Shown: piece by piece, positions 15,617-24,274 of the stretch
Layout of the letters: each line of letters starts with the position of its first letter
Numbering within the stretch: position 1 is the stretch's first letter
Origin: a virus
Length of the DNA: 37,852 nucleotides
Direction: 5' to 3' (one strand)
IMG/VR virus record: IMGVR_UViG_3300021560_000036
Coordinates: 1 to 37,852 of that record
The notes under the pieces: model-generated
Database searches by the model: none
Seen by the model: only the letters and a program-made list of their open reading frames with translations
What the model was told of the DNA's origin: nothing
Position numbers and translations under genes: made by a program

Positions 15617-16977
15617 TACTTCTTACCCTTCGCCGGTGCAACCTTCTTCCACTGTCCTGATGCGATCCCGGCCTGCATGATGGAGTTGATGAGGTTGTTG
15701 ACGAACTGACCCTTGTTCTGCTGGAAGGCAAGGGCAATTTGTGCCTGGACCTGTTGCTGGGAGGTGTTCGTCGCGGCGGCGAACTGGGCGATGGACTGCT
15801 TGGTCTGTTCCTTGCTGAGACCCGTTTGGCGTTGCGCGATGGCGAGGCCTTGTTCTTGAGCCTGGATCTGCTTCTGTGAGTACTGATATTGCTTCTGTTC
15901 GGCCTTTTGACCGAGAGCAGCGGACTTGAGACCGGCCTTACCGGCCTTCTGCTGCTGCTGATACTGAGCTGTCTCGCCCTTCTGACCGAGCTGGGCCTGA
16001 AGTTGCTGGGCCTGGAGGTTAGAGAGCTGGTTTTGATAAGCAGAGACCTCGGCAGCTTGTTGGGTAGCGGCCTCTTGACGCTGCTGTTCGAGCTGTTGGC
16101 CCTGGAGGGTGTTCTGTTGTTGGGCGTAGCCGTACTGTTGGGCCTCTTGGGAGGTATTGAGCTTAGCCTGACCGGAGTTGAGGGCACCGGAGGCGGCTGC
16201 TGAGGAGGCGAGTTGGGGGAGAGCGAACTGGTGCTGGGCTTGGATGTTGGCGAGTTGTTCGGAGAGGCCGGTTTTTGAGAGGGAGTACATGGAATTGGGG
16301 TCATTCGGGTCCCATTGTTGCCCGTAACCCGCGACTTCGGCCTGTTGCTGGGTGGTCAGTTCGCCGATATTGGAGGACATCTGCTGCTGTTGGGAGCTGT
16401 ACTGCTGTTGTTCAAGCTGCTGAAGATAGGGGTTGAGGCCGTATTTGGCGACGAGTTGGTCCGGTGACATGCCGGAGGACTGGTCCTTGTTGAACTGGGC
16501 CTGATCGAAGTTGGCACCGGTTGAGCCTTGATAAAGGCCGGTCTGGAGGCCTTGTTGAATGTTGAACTGTTGTTGCTGGACGGACTGGAGTTGGGGGTTG
16601 AGAGCGGCCTGTTGACGGGCCATACGCTGCTGGATGGCGATCTGCTGAGCGGAGAGGCCGATGCCCTGGAGCTGGAGGTTGGCTGCGGCCTGTTGCTGTT
16701 GGACGGCCTGCCCGGCCTGGACGGCCGAGGTGAAGGCCTCGGACTGGAGGGCCTGACCCTGGGCGGCGGACTGCCCGGCCGCGAAGCTCCCCCCGGCAAG
16801 GAGGGTGTTCCACAGCCCGGCATCGGGGCCGGAGACACCGGGGACGGACTGAGGGTTGACCGGATTGCCCGAGGAGAGGGCCTGGAGGATGGGGTTGAAG
16901 GAGGAGAGCGGGCCACCTCCGCTACCGAAGGAGAGGGCAGCCGGAGTGGGACTGGCGGGCTGTCCGGACTGGGCCAT
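15616..16977 (-). CDS. Gln-rich coiled-coil protein (453 aa), putative internal/ejection protein
   Basis: Very Gln-rich, helical-looking sequence (QQQAAANLQLQGIGLSAQQIAIQQRMARQQ...) with a Lys-rich C-terminus. It is in series with the structural genes. Confidence 0.65.
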   Translation of the reverse strand: MAQSGQPASPTPAALSFGSGGGPLSSFNPILQALSSGNPVNPQSVPGVSGPDAGLWNTLLAGGSFAAGQSAAQGQALQSEAFTSAVQAGQAVQQQQAAANLQLQGIGLSAQQIAIQQRMARQQAALNPQLQSVQQQQFNIQQGLQTGLYQGSTGANFDQAQFNKDQSSGMSPDQLVAKYGLNPYLQQLEQQQYSSQQQQMSSNIGELTTQQQAEVAGYGQQWDPNDPNSMYSLSKTGLSEQLANIQAQHQFALPQLASSAAASGALNSGQAKLNTSQEAQQYGYAQQQNTLQGQQLEQQRQEAATQQAAEVSAYQNQLSNLQAQQLQAQLGQKGETAQYQQQQKAGKAGLKSAALGQKAEQKQYQYSQKQIQAQEQGLAIAQRQTGLSKEQTKQSIAQFAAATNTSQQQVQAQIALAFQQNKGQFVNNLINSIMQAGIASGQWKKVAPAKGKK

Positions 16978-16983
16978 GGCGGG

Positions 16984-17664
16984 CTAGCTGCCGAACCCGG
17001 CGTAGAGCCAACCCGGCACCCAATTCCCCTGCATCGCGAACTGACCGGCGTTGTCGGTCCAGTTGCGGGAGTCGGTGACGAGGGTGGCGAGGCCCTCCTC
17101 GTAGAGGGTCTTGTCGTCCTGCCAGACCGGGTCACCGGCCTTGCGACGGGCGCAGTAGCGGCAGTAGGCGCGAAGGACGGGTTCGTAGCCCTCGGGGATG
17201 TCGATGGTATCGGTGGTGTTGGCGACGGGGATGGGGAGACGGTAGTACCAGAAGGCGAGTTGACCGATTTGGGAGGGGACGGGGAAGAGCTGGACCATGA
17301 TAAAGGGGGGTTGGGACCAGGTGGTGTAGTAGAGGGGGTAGGTCGCGGGGGTGGACTGATTGACCCACCAGATGCCGTTGAGTTCTTGACGGCCTTTGTA
17401 GGAAAGGGGGTAGATCTGGGAGGGGTCGTTGGGTGAGTAGGTGACTTCGTGAAGGCGGATGGCGTCGGAGGGAGCGGCATAGCGGGCGACGTTGGCCGCA
17501 CAGGAAGTTTGAGCGTATTCCATGAGACATTCTGCACGACGCGCGATGTCGAGCTGCGCGTCGTTCATCCAGACGAGGTAGTCGGCGGTCTGCCAGTAGA
17601 TGCCGGTGGGGTCGTCAAGGTCAATGCGGAGGTTGATGATCTCCTGGGCGACGGTCGTGGGCAT
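16984..17664 (-). CDS. Virion structural protein (226 aa), adaptor/tail-associated candidate
   Basis: GGAGG lies 10 nt upstream of the ATG. Globular, Trp/Tyr-rich sequence. No motif was recognised. Confidence 0.6.
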   Translation of the reverse strand: MPTTVAQEIINLRIDLDDPTGIYWQTADYLVWMNDAQLDIARRAECLMEYAQTSCAANVARYAAPSDAIRLHEVTYSPNDPSQIYPLSYKGRQELNGIWWVNQSTPATYPLYYTTWSQPPFIMVQLFPVPSQIGQLAFWYYRLPIPVANTTDTIDIPEGYEPVLRAYCRYCARRKAGDPVWQDDKTLYEEGLATLVTDSRNWTDNAGQFAMQGNWVPGWLYAGFGS

Positions 17665-17667
17665 TGG

Positions 17668-17889
17668 TCACTGCCTCCGGGACTTTCTGGGGCCGTATCG
17701 TGCCATGTTCTGTGCGTAATGTCGAGAGTGCTTGGCGCGCGGGGCGGCGGAATTGGCGATGCGGATGGCGGAGGACTCGGATTTGCCCGAGGCGAGGGCC
17801 TTGTCGGCGATTTCCGCCCACGCGCGCCGCTGCGTGGATGTACGGAGGGACTTGTTGTGGCGAGAGGCGTCTGATGATGTCCAGGGCAT
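17668..17889 (-). CDS. Small highly basic protein (73 aa)
   Basis: MPWTSSDASRHNKSLRTSTQRRAWAEIADKALASGKSESSAIRIANSAA... has about 16 Arg+Lys versus 4 Asp+Glu. It is tightly packed between structural genes. Confidence 0.5.
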   Translation of the reverse strand: MPWTSSDASRHNKSLRTSTQRRAWAEIADKALASGKSESSAIRIANSAAPRAKHSRHYAQNMARYGPRKSRRQ

Positions 17890-17907
17890 GGGGTGTCCTA
17901 AGTGGAT

Positions 17908-18546
17908 TTAGGTCAAACCGAGGTAGCGGACGGTGACGGAGGTGACATCTGGCCGATTGTTGAAGATCGGAAGGGCCAGAGCCGCTGAGTTGGCCTGATA
18001 GATGGTAAAACTGATGAGATCACCGGGATTGAGGAAGACGATGTCGTTGAGATAAGCCCCGGCGAAGTTCTGGGCACCTGCTCCACCGGGAACGGTGTCG
18101 AATTCGAGGGCATTCGCCCCGTTGACCCGCACGAAAAGGCTGAACGTGAGCCAGCCACCGCTGACCGGGACGCCTCCAGTGTTGAAAGTGGCCTTGACCT
18201 TGAACTCGTAGAGGCCGTATTGAGGGATGGTGAGCTGGCCAAGGGCGGATCCGAAGAGGGTTGTGAACTGGAGTTGTTGGTATTTGCTGCCGATAAGGCC
18301 CTTGTAGGTGTTGATGAGGGCGGAATCGAGGGCAAACCCGGTGACGGTGTTGTGGGCGGGGGAAAAAGCGGTTACCGGAAAGAGTTTAACCATCCACGGC
18401 TGGTTGATGCGGTCGCGACGGGTGGATGTCTGGTTCTGGGAGGCCTGTTTTTGGAGCTGGAGGTTGGGTGTAGTGTTGATTTGAGGGGCGACTTGTTGCG
18501 CGACAACGGCAGGGATGGCGGTGAGGGCGTTGGATTGGACAGGCAT
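17908..18546 (-). CDS. Tail fibre/needle-like protein (212 aa) with a possible C1q/TNF-like jelly-roll C-terminal domain
   Basis: GLYEFKVKATFNTGG...FSLFVRVNG...AYLNDIVFLNPGDLISFTIYQ resembles the C1q pattern G.Y.F...v.L..NG......L..GD.v. Confidence 0.4.
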   Translation of the reverse strand: MPVQSNALTAIPAVVAQQVAPQINTTPNLQLQKQASQNQTSTRRDRINQPWMVKLFPVTAFSPAHNTVTGFALDSALINTYKGLIGSKYQQLQFTTLFGSALGQLTIPQYGLYEFKVKATFNTGGVPVSGGWLTFSLFVRVNGANALEFDTVPGGAGAQNFAGAYLNDIVFLNPGDLISFTIYQANSAALALPIFNNRPDVTSVTVRYLGLT

Positions 18547-18551
18547 GGTGG

Positions 18552-20309
18552 TTAGATGTTCCTCGGGAGCGGGGCGACAGAGCGGTACTTGATCTCGATG
18601 GATTCGATGATGGGGGTGGGGAGGAAGGACGGGCCGACGCCGAGGGTGAGCTGCTGAACCCAGCCGAGCTGTAGGATGATGACGTCGGTTTGGAACTTGC
18701 AGGTGAGGATTTCGCGGTTAAAGTTGGTGTTCGTGACGGCCCAGGTTGAGGACGTCCCGACGGCGCCCTGGATGCCGAGGACGTTGGCCGTCATCGTGCC
18801 CTGACCCTGCATGACGATGTTGATTTCCTGGACCTCGACGAGATCGTCGAAGGAGAATTGGATCGGGTTGGTCTCGTAGAAGGAGTGGTAGAAGCCGGTG
18901 GGGGGCCCAGACTGGGTGAAGGCCATGTCGAAGCAATAGATGGTCGCGACGAGGTTGTTGGCGCCGAGGTTGGAGGGCGCACCCATGTAGACAGCGGCAA
19001 TGTCGCCGAAGACGCCGTTGACGGAGGAGGTGTTGCCGTTGAGGGTGGAGTAGAAGTAGGGACAGAAGGTGGTACCGGCAACTGAACTGACAGAGGCCCA
19101 GGGGGGAAGCCGCCACCAGGAGTCGGTGGGGATGTCGTAGAAGAAGCCACCGTCGAAGAAGATCTTGTTGGAGTAGTACTCGACGTTGTAGAAGTTCGGG
19201 AAGCGGACGTTGGAGGGGAAGACGTAGTTGGCGGCGGCGTTCTCCGGCCAGAGGGAGTCGTTGAGCTGGGCGGAGATCTTGGTGGCGGAGGCACCGCCGT
19301 TCCAGGCCCAGACACCGTTGCCCGCAGAGCGGTAGACGAGGCCGATGGGGGTCATACGGGCCTGACCAATGAGGCCGTTGGTGCCTGCGACGGTGGGGAT
19401 GACGGTAATGGAAGGGTTGAAGATGTCGCCGGAAGCGATGACCCCGCCGCGGTTGGTCTTGACGAAGAAGTACTCGTTGGTCGCGTACTGGCCCCAGGCA
19501 CCGAAGGACGCGGGGTTGTCGTAGTCGATGAGGGTCTTCTGGGTGCCGATGGTGAGGTTGGAGGCGGTGCCGATGGAGGGATCGGTGTAGGAGATCGTGT
19601 TCCAGATCTGGGTGGTGGCGGTACCGGAAGGGACCCAAGGGAGGACGATGCCACCCTCGATCAGCCAGACGCGTCCGCCACCGGGAATCGCCCAGCCGTT
19701 ACAGGGAAAGCCGCGGAGGAGCCCGGTGGTGGCCCCGTTAGCAGTAGACCAGACGATGCCTCCGGTGCCGTCATGGTAGAAGGGCGTGGAGAAGACAACG
19801 TACTCGCCGAACGCGGGGGTGGCGTTGACAAGGGTGGTGTGGAAGGGGAAGGTAGGGAAAGCGACGTCGATACCCGCACCCGCCGAGCCGTTGTAGGCAC
19901 CGGTGAAGCCAGCAGTGATCGCCCCCATACCGTCGTTGCGGACGACCCCGCCGTGCGCGGTGTGAGCGGCGTCGAGGCAGTTGATCTGCGTCCAGTGGTT
20001 GTTGTCATAGCCGAGGAAGTTGTTGATGATCCCACCGACCGCACAGCCATTGGTGATATCGGGGAGGGAAGGGACGGGAGCACCGACGACTTGGGCGACC
20101 GATGGCCCGAGGAGGAGGCCACCGTTGGGGAGCGCCATGACGCCGTAGGAGTTGGCGGAGAGAGAAATGGATTGGTTGGCATTCGGCACCCAGACGGAGG
20201 AGGACTGGGAGATGGTATCGGTGTTCTTCTGGGAGCGGATACCGGATGTGAAGTCAGAGATCTTGAGGACTTGGAGTGAGCCCTCTGAGCGCGTGAACTG
20301 ACCCGGCAT
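18552..20309 (-). CDS. Large tail/hub-sized structural protein (585 aa)
   Basis: Gly/Asn/Thr/aromatic-rich, beta-type sequence downstream of the connector-sized genes. No motif was recognised. Confidence 0.65.
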   Translation of the reverse strand: MPGQFTRSEGSLQVLKISDFTSGIRSQKNTDTISQSSSVWVPNANQSISLSANSYGVMALPNGGLLLGPSVAQVVGAPVPSLPDITNGCAVGGIINNFLGYDNNHWTQINCLDAAHTAHGGVVRNDGMGAITAGFTGAYNGSAGAGIDVAFPTFPFHTTLVNATPAFGEYVVFSTPFYHDGTGGIVWSTANGATTGLLRGFPCNGWAIPGGGRVWLIEGGIVLPWVPSGTATTQIWNTISYTDPSIGTASNLTIGTQKTLIDYDNPASFGAWGQYATNEYFFVKTNRGGVIASGDIFNPSITVIPTVAGTNGLIGQARMTPIGLVYRSAGNGVWAWNGGASATKISAQLNDSLWPENAAANYVFPSNVRFPNFYNVEYYSNKIFFDGGFFYDIPTDSWWRLPPWASVSSVAGTTFCPYFYSTLNGNTSSVNGVFGDIAAVYMGAPSNLGANNLVATIYCFDMAFTQSGPPTGFYHSFYETNPIQFSFDDLVEVQEINIVMQGQGTMTANVLGIQGAVGTSSTWAVTNTNFNREILTCKFQTDVIILQLGWVQQLTLGVGPSFLPTPIIESIEIKYRSVAPLPRNI

Positions 20310-20312
20310 GGG

Positions 20313-20654
20313 CTAGATGAACGTGATCTCGTATTGGAAGGTACCGGAACCGGTGGGATTGAGAGGGAAGTTGGAGGAGCCGGAAGGGAAGGAGTGGAGG
20401 AAGGGGAGTGAGGGTGAGATGGCGAGGGTGGCGAGGGTGAGAGTGGTGGCGAAGGGGGAGACGGGGACGATGAGGCAGGAGACGGCACCGGTCGGGATGT
20501 TGACGGTGCCGGAGGTGTTACCCGCGATGGAGATGTCCTGGATGCCGCCGATGTTGGCGTTGGCGTTGGAGAGAGAGACGTAGATCTTCTTCGGCCCGCC
20601 AGAGGGGATGTTCCAGACCTGTCCCTGGATGGTGAGGAGGTTGGAGGCGACCAT
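20313..20654 (-). CDS. Small beta-rich structural protein (113 aa)
   Basis: Clean ORF (MVASNLLTIQGQVWNIPSGGPKKIYVSLSNANANIGG...) ending 4 nt before the next gene. Confidence 0.55.
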   Translation of the reverse strand: MVASNLLTIQGQVWNIPSGGPKKIYVSLSNANANIGGIQDISIAGNTSGTVNIPTGAVSCLIVPVSPFATTLTLATLAISPSLPFLHSFPSGSSNFPLNPTGSGTFQYEITFI

Positions 20655-20659
20655 GGTGA

Positions 20660-20830
20660 CTAGACCATGTGAGAGGGAAGGGAACTGCGGCCGCGAGAGC
20701 GGGTGGCATGGGGACGGTAGCGGGCGTTGGAGGCCTTGGAGGCTCTGGAGGCCTTTCTGGCGATGGCGATCTGCTTACGGGTATTCCCTCCAGAGGCGTT
20801 ATATGGCCGCTTGTGCGATGTCCTGGGCAT
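20660..20830 (-). CDS. Small highly basic protein (56 aa)
   Basis: MPRTSHKRPYNASGGNTRKQIAIARKASRASKASNARYRP... has about 14 Arg+Lys and no acidic residues. It is below the ORF-track length cut-off as a stand-alone gene and overlaps the upstream gene by 32 nt. Confidence 0.35.
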   Translation of the reverse strand: MPRTSHKRPYNASGGNTRKQIAIARKASRASKASNARYRPHATRSRGRSSLPSHMV

Positions 20831-21149
20831 CGGTTCCCTTTCTCGATGGAAGGTTGATGAGGAGGATGATGAGGTTCCGTTCCTCGCGAAGGGCTTCGAG
20901 GCGAGCACGGGTTTCAAGGACCGAGGCAGTGAGATGGTAGGTGGCGAGTTCGACGTCGCGTTGTTTGGCGGCAACGGTCTCTTCGGGGGAGTCGAGGTAG
21001 GCCTCGCCCTTGGTGCGGGTCTCGTCGGCTTGCATCTGCCAGTAGGACTGGGTGAGGGAGGCGATCTCGTCAACCACCTCAGCGAGACGATTGAGGAGGG
21101 GGAAGAGGGGATAGGACGGGTAGTGGGGGATGTTCGGAGAGAGCGGCAT
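20799..21149 (-). CDS. Coiled-coil protein (116 aa), head-completion/connector candidate
   Basis: Internal ATG 10 nt after AAGGA. Helical sequence (LNRLAEVVDEIASLTQSYWQMQADETRTKGEAYL...). Confidence 0.5.
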   Translation of the reverse strand: MPLSPNIPHYPSYPLFPLLNRLAEVVDEIASLTQSYWQMQADETRTKGEAYLDSPEETVAAKQRDVELATYHLTASVLETRARLEALREERNLIILLINLPSRKGTDAQDIAQAAI

Positions 21150-21185
21150 TGGTGTGTATCCTTGGTGTCCTTTGTCTGACGTAGA

Positions 21186-21228
21186 ACGACCCCCACCAAA
21201 GAAGTGAGCAGACTTTGGTGAGGGTCGT
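21186..21228 (-). terminator. Intergenic hairpin after the capsid gene block (possible partial terminator)
   Basis: ACGACCCCCACCAAAG / CTTTGGTGAGGGTCGT forms a stem of about 14 bp with one bulge on each side and an 11-nt loop. It lies between gene end 21250 and gene start 21149. The U-tract is weak. Confidence 0.4.
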
Positions 21229-21249
21229 CCCAGGGCAGGGCTGGTTGGG

Positions 21250-21873
21250 TCAGCCCGTACGACGAGCAGTCCCCCTATTGATGGTTTGCTGGGTTGCTGG
21301 AAGGTCAGGCGTATCCTCTGCAACCTGCTCGCCCGTCTGCCCTGTGATGGGATTGGCAGGGTGTTGTTTGAGGACCTGCTCCATGACGATCATCTTCTTC
21401 CTCATGGCGTCGAGCTGACGCTGGAGCATGGCATTCTGTGACTGGTCGGTGGTGTCCGGGGAGAATCGGTCGCAGAAGGGATCGTCACAGGGGAAGATGA
21501 TGGGTTCCGGGGAGTCGTCGGCTGGGTTGGAGACGGTGACTCGGGGGATGACGTCGAGGAGGGTCTGGCGCTCGGCTGAATCGATGTGAGATGGAGCGTT
21601 GACGTTGTCGGTGTAGAGGCCGTAGATGATGGCGAGACGACAGATCTCCTCATAGCGGGAGGGGACATCGATGGGGATTCCACCCTCTTCGGGCTGGATG
21701 CGAGAGCGGATCGGTCCCGAGCGTGGGTCGCCGAGTCGGTTGATGACCGCATCGAAAGGGACGAGGCGGGTCTGACCCGGTGGGATTGAGACACGTTGGG
21801 AGTTGAACGAGAAGAGGTAGGTGGAGTTCTCGGAGTCGTTGGTGACCTGGAGGAGGCTGTCGTAGGAGGGCAT
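21250..21873 (-). CDS. Hypothetical head-associated protein (207 aa)
   Basis: This is only the C-terminal 207 codons of the 609-aa track ORF. It starts at MPSYDSLLQVTNDSENSTYLF..., 10 nt after the upstream stop. The rest of that ORF is out-of-frame capsid gene. Confidence 0.55.
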   Translation of the reverse strand: MPSYDSLLQVTNDSENSTYLFSFNSQRVSIPPGQTRLVPFDAVINRLGDPRSGPIRSRIQPEEGGIPIDVPSRYEEICRLAIIYGLYTDNVNAPSHIDSAERQTLLDVIPRVTVSNPADDSPEPIIFPCDDPFCDRFSPDTTDQSQNAMLQRQLDAMRKKMIVMEQVLKQHPANPITGQTGEQVAEDTPDLPATQQTINRGTARRTG

Positions 21874-21883
21874 TGGTGCGTCC

Positions 21884-22315
21884 TTACATCTTCCCGACCC
21901 AGGCCCAGTAGAGCGCGCCACCGGCCGACTGGGCCTGGATGGCGATGCCCCAGTTGGAGCCGATGGTGGCCGAGGCAGCCGCGGTGAGGCCATTCGCGCC
22001 GATGGCAAAGGCCGCACCCGCCGCGACCGACGCGCCACCGGCAACCTGAGTGAGGCCGACACAGGAGACGCGGAGGGGCTGGCCCGCGGCGGAGGCGGAG
22101 TCGAGGGCGAAGCCACCGGCCTGCGCGATCTGGGCGACACCGGCTGCGGTGGCGACGAGCTGACCCGCGGTGTTGATGGTGAAGGCGACCGCGGTGCCGA
22201 TGACCACCGCCCCACCAGAGATGGCGACGACTTCGAGGCGGGCCGGGGTGATGAGATTGTCTTGGCCCGCCGAGTTGAAGGCGATATTTGGGTTTTCGAT
22301 CTGGGCGAGACCCAT
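21884..22315 (-). CDS. Head decoration-like protein (143 aa, Ala/Gly-rich, DUF2190-like pattern)
   Basis: It lies immediately downstream of the major capsid gene. The Ala/Gly/Val-rich beta-type sequence is typical of small capsid decoration proteins. Confidence 0.45.
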   Translation of the reverse strand: MGLAQIENPNIAFNSAGQDNLITPARLEVVAISGGAVVIGTAVAFTINTAGQLVATAAGVAQIAQAGGFALDSASAAGQPLRVSCVGLTQVAGGASVAAGAAFAIGANGLTAAASATIGSNWGIAIQAQSAGGALYWAWVGKM

Positions 22316-22327
22316 GAGGTGACCTTT

Positions 22328-23326
22328 CTACGAGGCGATCTTGGTGAACTTGCCGGACAGAGAGACGTTGGAGAAGATGATGTTCCCGGCCCAGAGGAGC
22401 TTCGCGACCATGGCGTCCTGGTTGATGGCGGTCTGGAAGTCTTCGAGCGTGAAGTTCGCCTTGGGGGAGACGTAGAGGAACATGAAGTCCTCGTTGATGA
22501 AGTAGACGTTCCCGGTCGGCGTGCCACCGGCTGGGCCGACAAAGCCCGGCGCGGTGGAGATGTGGGAGTCAACGGTGAAGGGGACGCCATCGAAGAGGAG
22601 GTTCGTGAAGCCTGCCGCCGCGAGCTGTTCGTCCTGGCCTCCCGGTTGGGAGGGGAAGCGCTGGACGGAGGTGTTGAGGGTGTAGAAGAAGTTGTACGCG
22701 GACTGGGTGCCGACGATGATCGTCGGGTGACGGCCACCCTGCGTACAGTTTCCCATGAGGGCCTGGTAGGCGGTGAGTGAGGACGCAGCGGTGGCGTTGT
22801 CGATCTTGGACTTCCACCACGGGTAGGTGGTCCGGGAGAGACCGCCGTAGGTGCCGAGGATCGTGCCGTCGTCCACTGCGCCGATGAGGCCGTCAATGTG
22901 GAGCTGGTTGGTGACGCCGTCCGACCAGACACCGTTGCCAAGCTGGTCGGAGAGTTCCATCTCAGCCTGCGCGAAGTAGACGTTGAGGAAGTTGGCGATG
23001 GCGTCGGGAGCGTCGGTCTTGATGAGGGTGAGGCCGTCAACGGTGATCGGGACGTAGTACTGCCGCCACTGCCAGGCACCGTTCAAGATGGTGTCAGAGG
23101 GCGCGATGTTGAGGGTCTGGAAGCCGGAGTACGGGCCTCCAGCCGCCATCTTCGCGTACATGAGCGGCTGCTCGACCTGGTAACCACCCTGGACGATACG
23201 CCGGTTGGCGGAGTTCAGGCGGTGGAAGAAGAGGTTCGAGAGGTAGACGTTGTCGGCGATTTGCGGGACGATGTAACGCCGGGAGATTGACGTTACGACG
23301 TCGGTTCCGACAGGAGTGACGGCCAT
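22328..23326 (-). CDS. Major capsid protein (332 aa)
   Basis: The size, the position after the scaffold gene and the sequence character (YIVPQIADNVYLSNLFFHRLN..., ...LEDFQTAINQDAMVAKLLWAGNIIF) are typical of phage major capsid proteins. Confidence 0.75.
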   Translation of the reverse strand: MAVTPVGTDVVTSISRRYIVPQIADNVYLSNLFFHRLNSANRRIVQGGYQVEQPLMYAKMAAGGPYSGFQTLNIAPSDTILNGAWQWRQYYVPITVDGLTLIKTDAPDAIANFLNVYFAQAEMELSDQLGNGVWSDGVTNQLHIDGLIGAVDDGTILGTYGGLSRTTYPWWKSKIDNATAASSLTAYQALMGNCTQGGRHPTIIVGTQSAYNFFYTLNTSVQRFPSQPGGQDEQLAAAGFTNLLFDGVPFTVDSHISTAPGFVGPAGGTPTGNVYFINEDFMFLYVSPKANFTLEDFQTAINQDAMVAKLLWAGNIIFSNVSLSGKFTKIAS

Positions 23327-23332
23327 TTGGGG

Positions 23333-24274
23333 TTACCTTTCTCCGATTGCTTCGGCAAGTTCGGCGATCATCGCTTGGTTGCGCTCTTCACGCGTCATTG
23401 ACTCTGGCGGACGAGTGGTACGAGGAGCTGACTGACGACCGGAGATGGAGGCGAGCTTCTGCTCCTTACGGCGCTGGGCAGAGGCACGGGTCTTGTTATC
23501 AGCCTCGACGCCCTGGAGATAGGCCTCACGGAGCGTGGGGTTGGACCAAAAGGCAGCGTCGAGTGCGCCGATCACCGAGTCGTAGACAGACTTGCCTTGG
23601 TTACGGAGGGCGAGGCCAACACCGGTCTGTGCGGCGGAAAGGCGGAGGGATTCCATCTTGGAGTTGTCGAGGCGGTACTTGGACTGGTAGTCCTCGCAGG
23701 CCTTCTCCACGAAGGAGGCGGTCTCGACGTTCTCGCGACGGACAAGTTCGAGGCGCTGGGCCTCGACCATCTGGGAGAGCTGGGCGTAATTGTCCCAGAG
23801 GACGCGAATGTTGGGGTCGTCTAGGTCGAGATCGGGGGGTGGGGTCGGGGCCTCGGAAACGTCGGCGAGGGCTGGAGATGGAGAATTGGGAGGAAAGGTT
23901 GAGGCCTGCTGTCGAGCTTGTTCCAGCGCCTGTGAGGCGGAGCGTGTCGACTCGATAAGAGATCCGTCCAGGTATTCACGAAGACGGAGGAGATCGGCGA
24001 GTTCGGCGTGGGTGAAGGAAGTGCCGTTGATGTCAACGGTGGCTTCGGATGGTTCGGGGGAGGGGGAGGGGGAGGTGGAGGTGGAGGGGGAGGTGGAAGG
24101 CTCGTCGTCGGGTTCATCGTCTCCCCCTTCGTCCGGCTCGTCGTCGGGGAGTGGCTCGTCTTCGGGTTCGGAATCGGGAAGGGGTTCGGAATCGGGAGTG
24201 GTGGTCTCGGACTCGAACTGGGCGAAGAGGGCGCGGAGTTGGGCGTCTTCCTCGGGCGGGATGGTGGCGGGCAT
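23333..24274 (-). CDS. Scaffolding protein (313 aa)
   Basis: Acidic, helical and low in aromatics. It lies directly upstream of the capsid gene. The N-terminal acidic/Pro-Ser repeat region is encoded by G-tract repeats at 24056-24100. Confidence 0.6.
   Translation of the reverse strand: MPATIPPEEDAQLRALFAQFESETTTPDSEPLPDSEPEDEPLPDDEPDEGGDDEPDDEPSTSPSTSTSPSPSPEPSEATVDINGTSFTHAELADLLRLREYLDGSLIESTRSASQALEQARQQASTFPPNSPSPALADVSEAPTPPPDLDLDDPNIRVLWDNYAQLSQMVEAQRLELVRRENVETASFVEKACEDYQSKYRLDNSKMESLRLSAAQTGVGLALRNQGKSVYDSVIGALDAAFWSNPTLREAYLQGVEADNKTRASAQRRKEQKLASISGRQSAPRTTRPPESMTREERNQAMIAELAEAIGER

Noticed and set aside
11093-17436. Many long plus-strand ORFs antisense to the structural genes (for example 11093-11854, 13148-13471, 15173-15709 and 16528-17436), and likewise 25787-26593 and 28429-30064
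   Set aside because: Their translations are Gly/Val/Glu/Asp low-complexity strings with no RBS or gene-like packing. They are the expected by-product of a G-rich, stop-poor + strand lying opposite convincing minus-strand genes.
10847-20309. Diversity-generating retroelement or other targeted hypervariation in the tail genes
   Set aside because: No reverse-transcriptase motif (YxDD context) was seen in any frame. I found no long template/variable repeat pair.
21874-23079. N-terminal 400 codons of the 609-aa ORF 21250-23079
   Set aside because: This part is an out-of-frame reading of the major capsid and decoration genes, made of Pro/Ser/Thr/Arg strings. Only the last 207 codons (from 21873) look like a real gene.
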